A stretch of 64,000 nt of DNA from Candidatus Chisholmbacteria bacterium RIFCSPHIGHO2_01_FULL_52_32 (GCA_001816585.1 MHCJ01000003.1:156228-220227); one strand, 5' to 3'. Counted from the first letter of the stretch, positions 27,355-36,005 are shown. The notes: generated by a model from the sequence alone, not told the origin. Numbers and translations: made by a program.

Positions 27355-27410
27355 CGGCTGCTCTTGAGGGTCTTTTTATCCCGAGCATATTTTGATATTA
27401 TATTTATCTG

Positions 27411-28043
27411 ATGATTAGAAAGTTTCTTTCCGTCACCTTGTTGTTTTTCGCTTTCGTGTTGATCGATGCAATTCACGTATTTGCCGCTTCTTCTCCGGTC
27501 ACGAGTCGGAAAATCGTCATCGACCCGGGGCACGGCGGGACAGATTGGGGTTCGACTGAGTGTCCGGGCCTGGCTGAAAAGGACGCCAACTTGGATATTT
27601 CCCGGAGACTACAGGAGCTGCTTGCGAACGACGGTGCGCAGGTTCTCATGACAAGGACCGATGACTCGTATAAATCCAACAATGACCGGTATACCCAAGC
27701 CAATCAATTCGGCGGTCAGGTACTTGTTTCGGTACACCTTAACGGTTCGACCAACCATACCAAGAATGGAACGTTGGGACTTTATGGCAAAAGAAACAAA
27801 GATCTGGAATTCGCAAAAACTCTTCACCAACGGATGGTTTCGGAGGTCGGTGTGCCGGATTTGGGGATTACCAATTTTGCTTCCGGGGTACTGCTGAAAG
27901 CCAACATGCCGGCGACCATTGCGGAAACGGTTTTTATCTCCAATACCGCTGAGTGCAGCCTCCTTACGGACGGAACCGGCAACCGTCAGCAGAAGATTGC
28001 GCAGTCGCTCTACTACGGCATATCTGACTGGTTTGCCAGATAA
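27411..28043 (+). CDS. N-acetylmuramoyl-L-alanine amidase (Amidase_3 family), secreted
   Basis: 210 aa with a signal peptide, then KIVIDPGHGGTDWGS...EKDANLDISRRLQELL and the zinc-ligand pattern of Amidase_3. Confidence 0.85.
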   Translation: MIRKFLSVTLLFFAFVLIDAIHVFAASSPVTSRKIVIDPGHGGTDWGSTECPGLAEKDANLDISRRLQELLANDGAQVLMTRTDDSYKSNNDRYTQANQFGGQVLVSVHLNGSTNHTKNGTLGLYGKRNKDLEFAKTLHQRMVSEVGVPDLGITNFASGVLLKANMPATIAETVFISNTAECSLLTDGTGNRQQKIAQSLYYGISDWFAR

Positions 28044-28350
28044 ATTCGATTTTCAGGGTCTACTTTAAAGCGATAATTAATAAGGTGTAAAACTTCATGA
28101 TGTCAGAAAAGAAGGTTGCTTCTCTACAATCTTTGGGATTTCTACAAGCAATTTGAAGGCAAGAAAAAAGAAGCCGCCGATTTGGTGGTCTACACGACCG
28201 GTTGGCTGTTTGTCTTCTTTTTAGTTTTCCTAATCTTTGCCGCGTTTCTCCGTCAACGGTGAACTTGATTTCTCATGATCTTCGAAGAGAAACGGTTTTT
28301 ATTCCCTATTTGTTGCGTGGGTTCTATTGATTTCCTGATATACTTCAGAT

Positions 28351-28959
28351 ATGGATAAGAGGGTTGTTTTAATTGGTGGACAGCCTCTGGCAGGGAAAAG
28401 TTATCTTGCTCGAAAATTGAGCCGGAAGCTCAATCTCCCTTGGATTTCAACGGATACGATTCGGGAACAAATGAGACAACTAGTGAGAAAAGAAGATTAT
28501 CCCAAACTATTCTTCTTTTCGGATCCGAAAATTAAAGTTGTAGATTATTTGACAAAAAATTCACCAGAAAAAATTGTTGAAGATCAAAATAACGAAAGTG
28601 CGGAAGTTTGGAAGGGAGTAGAGGCTATTGTGAAAACCGATTATGCTTGGGGGTCATTTATTATAGAAGGGGTCGCGATTCTTCCGAGCTTAGTTAAAAA
28701 ACTTACAGCAGAACTCTCTTATGTTAGATCGGTATTCCTGATTGACGAAGATGAAAGTCGGATACGGGACCTTGTTTTTGCCCGTGGGCTTTGGGATGAT
28801 GCTTATAAATACCCCGACAGCGTAAAAGAGAAGGAAGTTGAATGGGCAGGAGCCTTCAGTAAATGGCTGGTAAAAGAATGTGAGAAATATTCTCTGCCTG
28901 TGGTCTACATAAAAGATAGAGCTTCGTACATTGAAGAGGTTAAAAGGCTAGCTCTTTAA
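28351..28959 (+). CDS. 2-phosphoglycerate-kinase-like P-loop NTPase (COG2074 family)
   Basis: 202 aa. Walker A GGQPLAGKSYLA is followed by ISTDTIREQMRQLV, matching the 2PGK core (GxxGxGKST...iSTDsIRevmR). The gene and its flanks (28044-29280) have visibly lower GC than their neighbours. Confidence 0.55.
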   Translation: MDKRVVLIGGQPLAGKSYLARKLSRKLNLPWISTDTIREQMRQLVRKEDYPKLFFFSDPKIKVVDYLTKNSPEKIVEDQNNESAEVWKGVEAIVKTDYAWGSFIIEGVAILPSLVKKLTAELSYVRSVFLIDEDESRIRDLVFARGLWDDAYKYPDSVKEKEVEWAGAFSKWLVKECEKYSLPVVYIKDRASYIEEVKRLAL

Positions 28960-29018
28960 TAGAGACCCCATTTCCTGTGAGGGCTCTGGTTTGATCTCTG
29001 TCCAAATACAATTTATTT

Positions 29019-29252
29019 ATGATTATTGAAGTTCTCGGCTGGGCTGGAACTTTGGCTGTCTTACTTGCTTATTTCCTGGTTTCTACCAAAAAAATATCGC
29101 CCAGCGATAAAAGATACCAGTTCCTGAATTTGGCAGGCGCTACCGGAATTATCATTAATTCGGCAGTGCATGGGGCTATTCCTTCGGTAGGGCTCAATGC
29201 TATCTGGTTATTGATTGCTCTGTACGGGTTGATGAACGTTGTGAAAAAATAA
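29019..29252 (+). CDS. Small 2-TM membrane protein
   Basis: 77 aa with two hydrophobic helices (LGWAGTLAVLLAYFLV; LNAIWLLIALYGL). It lies in the same low-GC islet. Confidence 0.5.
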   Translation: MIIEVLGWAGTLAVLLAYFLVSTKKISPSDKRYQFLNLAGATGIIINSAVHGAIPSVGLNAIWLLIALYGLMNVVKK

Positions 29253-29323
29253 ACACTTCGGACTTATTTTCTTCGTGGTTTTACATGGTAGGTCTTCACT
29301 TCAAGTACGGGTCGATACGGCCG

Positions 29324-29350
29324 AGGATTTTTAGGGTGAGTGTAAATTTT
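29324..29350 (+). promoter_or_regulatory. Candidate metalloregulator operator: TGTAAAT-N13-ATTTACA palindrome upstream of znuC
   Basis: Perfect 7-bp inverted repeat half-sites ending 26 nt before the znuC ATG. The location and AT-rich dyad fit a Zur/Fur-type box, but this is not proven. Confidence 0.35.
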
Positions 29351-29375
29351 CGGCGAAACCATTTACAATGGAAGC

Positions 29376-30119
29376 ATGACCGAAGGCAATATACTTTCCG
29401 TATCAAACCTCAAGGTTACCTTTAATACCCATGTCATTTTGGATGGCATTCGTTTTGACGTGAGGCGGGACGGAACCTTGGCCGTCATCGGCCCGAATGG
29501 GGCAGGGAAGACCGTTCTGTTTCGGGCGATTTTAGGGCTCATCCCATACGAGGGTACGGTCGAATGGGCGCCTGATGTCCGGGTGGGGTATGTGCCGCAG
29601 AAGCTTTACGTAGGCAAGGATATTCCATTGACTGTCTCCGAATTTTTTCAGTTTAAGGAAAACGATTCCCGGAAGATTGCAGCTGTCCTTACCAGCGTGG
29701 GCCTGGGAGAAGGCGAATCCAAAGACTTCCATCGGGGCCAGAGGCTGCTACGGACCCGACTCGGAGTGTTATCGGGAGGGGAGCTGCAGAGGGTGCTGAT
29801 TGCGTTTGCGCTTTTGGGGAAGCCCAATGTGTTGCTGTTTGACGAACCGACAAGCGGGGTCGATATTTCCGGGGAAGAGACGGTTTATGCACTGATTGAT
29901 AAGCTCAAAAAAGAAAAAGATTTGACGATCATTTTTATCAGCCATGAGCTTGAGGTTGTTTATAATTATGCCGATACCGTGTTATGTCTCAACAAAGAGC
30001 AGGTTTGTTTCGGGCCGCCGAAGCAAGTTGTTGATAAAGAAAGTTTAGAAGCACTTTACGGTGAGAACGTTCAGGTATACCGGCATCAAAATCAGGGAGG
30101 CCATCATCATGGACATTAA
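29376..30119 (+). CDS. znuC: Metal (Zn/Mn) ABC transporter ATP-binding protein
   Basis: 247 aa. Walker A is GPNGAGKT, the ABC signature is LSGGELQRV, Walker B is LLFDEPTSGVD, and the C-terminal tail is His-rich (GGHHHGH). Confidence 0.9.
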   Translation: MTEGNILSVSNLKVTFNTHVILDGIRFDVRRDGTLAVIGPNGAGKTVLFRAILGLIPYEGTVEWAPDVRVGYVPQKLYVGKDIPLTVSEFFQFKENDSRKIAAVLTSVGLGEGESKDFHRGQRLLRTRLGVLSGGELQRVLIAFALLGKPNVLLFDEPTSGVDISGEETVYALIDKLKKEKDLTIIFISHELEVVYNYADTVLCLNKEQVCFGPPKQVVDKESLEALYGENVQVYRHQNQGGHHHGH

Positions 30120-30879
30120 GCTTTTGCTACTTATCACCACCGGAGCGTTCGTAGGGGCCGCCTCGGGTTACTTGGGTTCGTTTATGGTGCTGAAACGCAT
30201 GTCTTTGGTTGGGGATGCGTTGAGCCATGTGGCGCTGCCGGGAATAGCGATTGCGTTGGCTTTGGGGATCGATCCGTTGCTGGGAGCCCTGGTGGCTCTG
30301 ACCTTGGCGGTGATCGGGATATGGTATTTGGGTGAACACTCGGAGATTTATCCGGAGGCTTTGGTGGGAGTCTTTTTTACCGCGAGCTTGGCAATCGGAA
30401 TATTAGTCACTCCGGAGCCGGAACTTCTCGAAGCTCTGTTTGGCGATTTGGAAAGGATCGGCTATTGGGATGGCCTTTTAACCATTGTTTTGGCAATGCT
30501 TATTTTTGTGGTGACCCGGAGGATTTCCAGAAGGTTACTCTTGGGGGTGGTTTCGGAAGACCTCGCGAGTTCAACCGGGGTGAACACCTCTCACGTCAAC
30601 TTCATTTATCTTCTGTTGGTAGGGGTGGTGGTGGCCTTGGGCGTAAAGTTTGTGGGCACTCTGCTGACGGGTGCGTTGGTGATTGTACCGGCGGTTGCAG
30701 CAAAGAATTTGGCAAAAAGCATCAATCATTTTTATGTCTTGGCTTCGCTAATCGGGGTCGTTTCGGTGGCAGTGGGGATTGTGATCGCCAAATTTGTCAG
30801 TGTTCCTTCCGGTCCGGCGGTGGTTTTGGTCAGCATTGCGATATTTATTTTGAGTTACGTTCTTAAAAACCGGAATTAA
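30109..30879 (+). CDS. znuB: Metal ABC transporter permease (ABC-3 / ZnuB-MntB family)
   Basis: Start chosen at the MDIKLLLLITTGAFVGAASGYLGSFMVLKRMSLVGDALSHVALPG ATG at 30109 with an AGGGAGG RBS. It has 8 TM helices typical of ABC-3. Confidence 0.85.
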   Translation: MDIKLLLLITTGAFVGAASGYLGSFMVLKRMSLVGDALSHVALPGIAIALALGIDPLLGALVALTLAVIGIWYLGEHSEIYPEALVGVFFTASLAIGILVTPEPELLEALFGDLERIGYWDGLLTIVLAMLIFVVTRRISRRLLLGVVSEDLASSTGVNTSHVNFIYLLLVGVVVALGVKFVGTLLTGALVIVPAVAAKNLAKSINHFYVLASLIGVVSVAVGIVIAKFVSVPSGPAVVLVSIAIFILSYVLKNRN

Positions 30880-31025
30880 GAGAAGATGAATATTGATAAA
30901 ATGGGCTATCAAGTAGAGACCCTTGTACTCTGCACTCTCGCGGAACATCATACCTGCCAGGACGTTGTCTTCCGTTTCCCTTTCGCGTAATCTTTCAGTC
31001 TTCCCTTGCTCCAGAGGTCGAATTT

Positions 31026-31526
31026 TTGTACACTTGCAGCATGAAGGAGAAAGATCTCAAGAAGTTCGTGCAAGAAATTGTCAATTATGCAAAGTCGATC
31101 AAGGACAAGCATACGGGGGAGGCGGATGCGCCGGTGAATTATGCCTGTATCTTCGCACAGAGCCAGGAGGAATTTGATGATCTGCTTACCACCGCCCGCA
31201 ATCTTGGAAAGGTAATCAAGGAGACTCCGACCGGTCCGCTGTTTCGGATTGAACCACTAAGGACCGTTTCCGGCCCCCTTCGACTACTCAAAGTACGAAA
31301 ACCTGATGTGACGAGAATAGAGAGAGGCGATGCGGATTTCACCGTTTCAGACTATCCTTCTTTCAAGAAAAGCGTTTTGAAGAAACCCGGATTTACGCTC
31401 ATTGAGCGTGAGGAATTTGAGATGATTGAACTCATGGATCCGGGGTTTGATGTCCGGGCGTATTTTTCCCATCCAACCTTGGACCGGCAGCTTGAGTTAC
31501 CATTGGTTGAGGATAGCAATCTTTGA
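31026..31526 (+). CDS. Hypothetical protein
   Basis: 166-aa ORF. Cytoplasmic, with no recognisable motif. Confidence 0.45.
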   Translation: MYTCSMKEKDLKKFVQEIVNYAKSIKDKHTGEADAPVNYACIFAQSQEEFDDLLTTARNLGKVIKETPTGPLFRIEPLRTVSGPLRLLKVRKPDVTRIERGDADFTVSDYPSFKKSVLKKPGFTLIEREEFEMIELMDPGFDVRAYFSHPTLDRQLELPLVEDSNL

Positions 31527-31548
31527 AGAAGGATAGGTGATTGACAAG

Positions 31549-31578
31549 GCGGTAAGAAGGTTATAACATTGTTCTAAC
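31549..31578 (+). promoter_or_regulatory. Sigma70-like promoter candidate for the antitoxin-toxin operon
   Basis: TTGACA, then a ~16-nt spacer, then ATAACA/TATAAC. A partial dyad ttataacattgttctaa overlaps the -10 and could be an autoregulatory operator. Confidence 0.4.
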
Positions 31579-31599
31579 TTAGACAATCGGGGAGGGAGT

Positions 31600-31848
31600 A
31601 TGGAGCAGAGGGTGATTAAGATCGGGAATTCGGTTGGCGTTATTATTCCACAGCCATTAAGACGACAAATCAGGCTTCGTCCTGGGGAGAAGGTTATCGT
31701 TGAGGCAGATGTTGTCGCTAGGGAGATTGTCGTTCGCCGTAAGGGAACTATTTCCAAGCGTTCCTCTGTCACTCCCGAGTTTTACAAATGGCTTGAGAAA
31801 TTTAACCAGCGCTACGCAGGGGCACTTCGGGAACTTGCTGACCGTTAA
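31600..31848 (+). CDS. AbrB/MazE/SpoVT-family antitoxin
   Basis: 82 aa. VIKIGNSVGVIIPQPLRRQIRLRPGEKVIVE is a SpoVT/AbrB swapped-hairpin domain. The stop overlaps the Doc toxin start. Confidence 0.8.
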   Translation: MEQRVIKIGNSVGVIIPQPLRRQIRLRPGEKVIVEADVVAREIVVRRKGTISKRSSVTPEFYKWLEKFNQRYAGALRELADR

Positions 31849-32273
31849 TGGATCAGTCACCTCTCTTTCTTACGCTTGAACAAGTGCTGGCAATCCACGA
31901 TGACCAGATTGAGAGATACGGTGGAAGCCATGGTGTTCGAGACCTCTCTCTTCTGTTGTCCGCGATTGCCAGACCTCAAGCTACGTTTGGAGGCGAAGAT
32001 CTCTACCCTCATATTTTTCTCAAGGCGGCGGTTTTGATGCAAGGGATCATTCTCAATCACCCGTTTGTCGATGGGAATAAACGCACGGGTGTGGTGTCTG
32101 CCGCCAGATTTCTTTTTGTCAATGGATACCAATTTCATGCGAGCGGTGCGGCATTGATTCAAATGGCTCTCAAAGTCGAAGCGAAAACTATTTCTCCAGA
32201 AGAACTTGTCGGTTGGCTGCAGAAGAACTCGAGGAAGATGAGGAGGCGTTATTTGACGGTTAATCAAACCTAG
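31848..32273 (+). CDS. doc: Doc (death-on-curing) Fic-family toxin
   Basis: 141 aa with the Fic motif HPFVDGNKRTG. It sits immediately downstream of, and overlapping, the antitoxin. Confidence 0.9.
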   Translation: MDQSPLFLTLEQVLAIHDDQIERYGGSHGVRDLSLLLSAIARPQATFGGEDLYPHIFLKAAVLMQGIILNHPFVDGNKRTGVVSAARFLFVNGYQFHASGAALIQMALKVEAKTISPEELVGWLQKNSRKMRRRYLTVNQT

Positions 32274-32291
32274 TGGTATATTTATCTTGAT

Positions 32292-32867
32292 ATGGATCAA
32301 GGTGAGCAACCCAAACCGAGCTGGGAGGAAGCTTTTAAAGGCAAGGATGTTGTGCAAGGGGGGGAATTGGTAGACAAACTTCTTTCCGAGAGCATAGGTG
32401 TGCCGGTTTATGAACGACGCTTAGGAGACAGAAAAACTAAGGTTCTGGTCGATCGTCATCCTGGTGAGGAAGATGTTACAATTAGGCAAAAAGACGAGCA
32501 GGATAGAAGACTTTTGGGTCTGATCGTTCCAACAGAATCAAAAAATGAGTTTGTGTATTTAGGTGTTAACGAAGGAGGCTTTGTCTTCTGGGCATCGGAC
32601 GACAAAGTAGGCGACTTTCACCCGGATACAGCCCTCTCTTATGCGCTTAACTACAAGAGATTTGGGGATTATGCGGCTACTTCTATTAGCACTAAAGTGC
32701 TAAAAGATTTAAGGCTGACTTTCAGAGAGGAAGATGATCCAAACCGCTTTATGGAAATGGTTGTCTCAGCCGTTCACAAAGAACGTGAGAGACTGCAGTC
32801 AGTCAGGGGAAGGAGAGCTGTTGTTCGAGGAGAACTATTAAAAAAGTTGTTTGGTGAACAGGGCTAG
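32292..32867 (+). CDS. Hypothetical protein
   Basis: 191-aa ORF after the TA pair. No motif recognised. Confidence 0.45.
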   Translation: MDQGEQPKPSWEEAFKGKDVVQGGELVDKLLSESIGVPVYERRLGDRKTKVLVDRHPGEEDVTIRQKDEQDRRLLGLIVPTESKNEFVYLGVNEGGFVFWASDDKVGDFHPDTALSYALNYKRFGDYAATSISTKVLKDLRLTFREEDDPNRFMEMVVSAVHKERERLQSVRGRRAVVRGELLKKLFGEQG

Positions 32868-33039
32868 CTTCAGGGGGTTCTTAAGGTTTGATTTCCAAGA
32901 TTCTGTTTATTTGCCCATGCAGATGATAAAATTCGGCCATGTCGTATCTTTCTTGCGGGATAGGAGGTCTTTCTAATGCTCGCCCCGAACCAGAGCGGAT
33001 CTCGGTACGGGGTAGGGAAGCTTGGTATGGGGCTCGAAT

Positions 33040-33120
33040 GCGGAGTTTACTGGAGGTGGAGATTGTAGAGATTAGAGGATGTTAGAGGAGATCAGAGGAG
33101 GTTAGAGGAGGAAATAGAGC
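33040..33120. repeat. Decamer/heptamer degenerate repeat block (TTAGAGGAGN family)
   Basis: Direct reading gives gattgtagag attagaggat gttagaggag atcagaggag gttagaggag g. Confidence 0.8.
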
Positions 33121-33121
33121 T

Positions 33122-34120
33122 ATGTCATTAAGTGTAGGAATTGTAGGGCTTCCGAATGCGGGGAAGAGTACTCTCTTTAATGCGCTCGCCGCACGGCGGC
33201 TGGCGGAGACTGCGGCCCGGCCGTTTACGACGATTGAGCCGCACGAGGCGGTTGTGCCGGTGCCCGACGAGCGCCTGCGCAGGCTTTCCGGGCTTGTGAA
33301 ACCCCAGGAGACCGTTCCCGCGACCGTGACGTTCATTGACATCGCAGGACTAGTCAAAGGGGCCCATCAGGGTGAGGGGTTGGGGAATCAATTCTTGGCA
33401 AAAATCCGGGAGGTGGATGCCCTTGTTCATGTCGTTCGGGCGTTTGTCGATCCGGGAGTTTCCCATACAGGCGCGACGCACGAGCCCGGGAGTGCGGAGC
33501 AAATAATCGAAGATATCGAGAATGTGAATATGGAGCTTGAGCTCGGAGGAATTGCAAAAAGGCCGACCATTTACGTTCTCAATATCGGCGAGCAGAATGT
33601 CGGAGCTTCGGAATCCCAGCGGCTCACCGAGCTTGTCGAGGGAAAGTTCGGCAATACGGCAATTGCTGTTTCGGCAAAGCTTGAGGAGGAGCTCATCGAT
33701 TTAGCGCCTGATGAAAGAAAGCAATATCTGGCCGAGGTTGGTGCTCAAGAGTCCGGTCTTATACAGATTATCAAAAGAGCGTATGAGCTGTTAAGCCTCG
33801 TCACGTTCTATACCATCAAAGGCGGAGTTGAGCTCCATGCGTGGAGCATCAAGCAGGGGGAGAGTGCTCTTCAGGCAGCGGCCAAGGTTCACAGCGACTT
33901 TGCCAAGGGGTTTATCAAGGCAGAGGTGATTGGAGTGGAGGAGCTTCTGGGATTCGGCGGACCCGCCTCGACTCGCGGAGAGGAGCCAGCTTCGCAGAAT
34001 CTAGGTGAGTCGACACAAGGCGGGTGGAAGGCGGCGAAGGAGCATGGGAAGGTGAGACTCGAGGGAAGGGATTATGCGGTTGCGGATGGAGATGTGATTG
34101 AGTTTAAGGTGGGTGGATAG
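33122..34120 (+). CDS. ychF: Ribosome-binding ATPase YchF (Obg family)
   Basis: 332 aa. The N-terminus SVGIVGLPNAGKSTLFNAL is the YchF G1 motif. The TGS-like C-terminus is GRDYAVADGDVIEFKV, and there is a ~30-aa Gly/Ser-rich insertion before the TGS domain. Confidence 0.9.
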   Translation: MSLSVGIVGLPNAGKSTLFNALAARRLAETAARPFTTIEPHEAVVPVPDERLRRLSGLVKPQETVPATVTFIDIAGLVKGAHQGEGLGNQFLAKIREVDALVHVVRAFVDPGVSHTGATHEPGSAEQIIEDIENVNMELELGGIAKRPTIYVLNIGEQNVGASESQRLTELVEGKFGNTAIAVSAKLEEELIDLAPDERKQYLAEVGAQESGLIQIIKRAYELLSLVTFYTIKGGVELHAWSIKQGESALQAAAKVHSDFAKGFIKAEVIGVEELLGFGGPASTRGEEPASQNLGESTQGGWKAAKEHGKVRLEGRDYAVADGDVIEFKVGG

Positions 34121-34173
34121 GGTATTTTTGTCCTTAAGGACTAAAGAATTGTCTTCGCTTGTTCCAAGCAGCG

Positions 34174-34206
34174 AGTTCCTTCTTTGCTCACCCAAAGAAG
34201 GAACTA
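34174..34206 (+). promoter_or_regulatory. Perfect 13-bp stem hairpin (agttccttctttg / caaagaaggaact) at the start of a 320-bp noncoding region
   Basis: Read directly from the sequence. No U-tract follows. It shares the ttctttg/caaagaa core with the hairpin at 15885-15916. Confidence 0.5.
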
Positions 34207-34442
34207 AGAAAGGGTGCCCCGTGCTTCGTCGGTGGCTTCACCTTCGCTTTTTGCTTCGGGAACTCCTTCCGAAATTCACTCGAGGCCTTTCAGTCTCGGG
34301 TTCAGTTTCGGCTTTCCTCTCGTAAAAAGCGGGTTCAGCTACCCCGACTTCGCAAAGGGGATTAAAAGGGAAAAGAATAGGTCTGTTTCCAGGTAGGAGG
34401 CTGGGTCTTGAAGATCGGGACTCCAGCCTGGGTATAAGGCTC

Positions 34443-34955
34443 TTAATCCGGTTTCCCGGTTGTTGCTAAGTTGCGAAGCGTGGTTTTTATGAGTGCTAAC
34501 GTTTCACCTCTTCTGTTTTCCGGATAGATGATCCCCCCGCCAGAATTTCGTGCCTGGTCGAGTTGTCTGAAGAAGCCGACCCAGATGCGTGGTTCTTGCG
34601 GATCAATGCCGAGGAAGAGTCCGGTTACGTCAAGCAGCCAACGAGACAGGGGTGCGGGGATTTCCCGAGGTGAGTTCGCAAAGAAAAAAAGCTGACGGTG
34701 GGTGTTATCAAAGATGAGGCTGTGAACCGGGATTCCTCTGGTATCTTGTTCAAGCGGTTTGTCCTTGTCTTCTCGGAGTCGAAGCTCAACGCTCTGCTCT
34801 CCCCGTACGACCAATATCCCTCGTTCCCTCTGGATCTCGGAGTACGGAAAATGCTCTTTCAGTCCTCGGCCAACCTCATCAAGGATCGTTTTTGGATACA
34901 GGGAGGAGACGATCTCCTCAGGAATTCTTGGTCGCTCTGGCTCTACCATCACCAC
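34443..34955 (-). CDS. Hypothetical protein
   Basis: 170-aa ORF with a plausible size and codon usage. No motif recognised. Confidence 0.45.
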   Translation of the reverse strand: MVMVEPERPRIPEEIVSSLYPKTILDEVGRGLKEHFPYSEIQRERGILVVRGEQSVELRLREDKDKPLEQDTRGIPVHSLIFDNTHRQLFFFANSPREIPAPLSRWLLDVTGLFLGIDPQEPRIWVGFFRQLDQARNSGGGIIYPENRRGETLALIKTTLRNLATTGKPD

Positions 34956-35064
34956 CGTTCACCTCCATTTCAGGCGAGGGGATTATAGCATTTTCCGCCA
35001 TCTGGCCAGCTTCGCTTTGGTATGCTATACTACGTCCTGTTTATAAGCAATGGGTTTGGGTGTG

Positions 35065-35343
35065 ATGAAGAGAACATACGAGTTGACGGTTGTCTTCCCG
35101 CAAGCCTCCGTAGACCTCACAAAAATAACTAAGTCCCTGGAAAACCTCATCGGGAAAGCAGAAGGGAAGGTCGTTTCTCGCGAAGATTGGGGGGAGCGGG
35201 AGCTTGCCTATCCCATAAAGAAGCAGAAAAAAGGGGTCTACTTCCTCTATCTTGTGGAACTTTCGGTTGACAAGGTCGCACAATTGGATAAAGAATTGAG
35301 GCTTATGTCTGAGCTTTTACGTTACCTTATTGTATGCGTTTAA
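35065..35343 (+). CDS. rpsF: 30S ribosomal protein S6
   Basis: Start chosen at the MKRTYELTVVF ATG at 35065 (typical S6 N-terminus MRxYEl..i). The rpsF-ssb-rpsR order is conserved. Confidence 0.9.
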   Translation: MKRTYELTVVFPQASVDLTKITKSLENLIGKAEGKVVSREDWGERELAYPIKKQKKGVYFLYLVELSVDKVAQLDKELRLMSELLRYLIVCV

Positions 35344-35428
35344 TTATTCGTTAATTAAATAGTTTTTGGAAGGCCCGCCATCGCCCATTCGACTACGCTC
35401 AGGGTTGCGGCGAGGCAAAGGAGGAAGG

Positions 35429-36004
35429 ATGTCCGTACGATCTTTAAACAAGGTGATGCTGATAGGGAACCTTACCCGGGATCCGGAGCTCCGGTATACC
35501 CCGCAAGGAACGGCCGTCTGTACGTTCGGGGTTGCAACCAACCGGCAATGGACACCTTCCGAAGGGGGAGAACGCCAGGAAGAAGTCGAGTTCCACCGGA
35601 TTGTCGCTTGGGCGAAGCTCGCGGAAATTTGCGCCCAGATCCTTCACAAAGGACGGAAGGTCTACGTTGAAGGGAGACTGCAAACGAGAAACTGGACAGG
35701 CCAGGACGGGCAGGAACGGACGACAACCGAGATTGTCATTGATACGATGATTGCCATGGGACCGCCGCGTCCCGGTATGCCGGAGGAGTCTGAGGAATTT
35801 TCACAAGGAGAAGCCGCTTCGAAACCGAAACCGGCTGCAGTGCCGGATGAGGTATCAGCTCCCGAGAAGGCCGATGAGTCTGAGAAGAAAAAGGCGCCGG
35901 TAAAGCCGACGAAACCGGCAAAGGAAGCAGCAGCTCCGGAGCCCGCGGACGGGGAAGAGAAAAAGGCGGACGAAGAGTTTTCAGAGGACGATATTCCGTT
36001 TTGA
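35429..36004 (+). CDS. ssb: Single-stranded DNA-binding protein
   Basis: Start at the MSVRSLNKVMLIGNLTRDPELRYTPQG ATG at 35429 with an AAGGAGGAAGG RBS. It has an OB fold, an acidic and Pro/Ala/Lys-rich linker, and the C-terminal DDIPF tail. Confidence 0.95.
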   Translation: MSVRSLNKVMLIGNLTRDPELRYTPQGTAVCTFGVATNRQWTPSEGGERQEEVEFHRIVAWAKLAEICAQILHKGRKVYVEGRLQTRNWTGQDGQERTTTEIVIDTMIAMGPPRPGMPEESEEFSQGEAASKPKPAAVPDEVSAPEKADESEKKKAPVKPTKPAKEAAAPEPADGEEKKADEEFSEDDIPF

Positions 36005-36005
36005 G

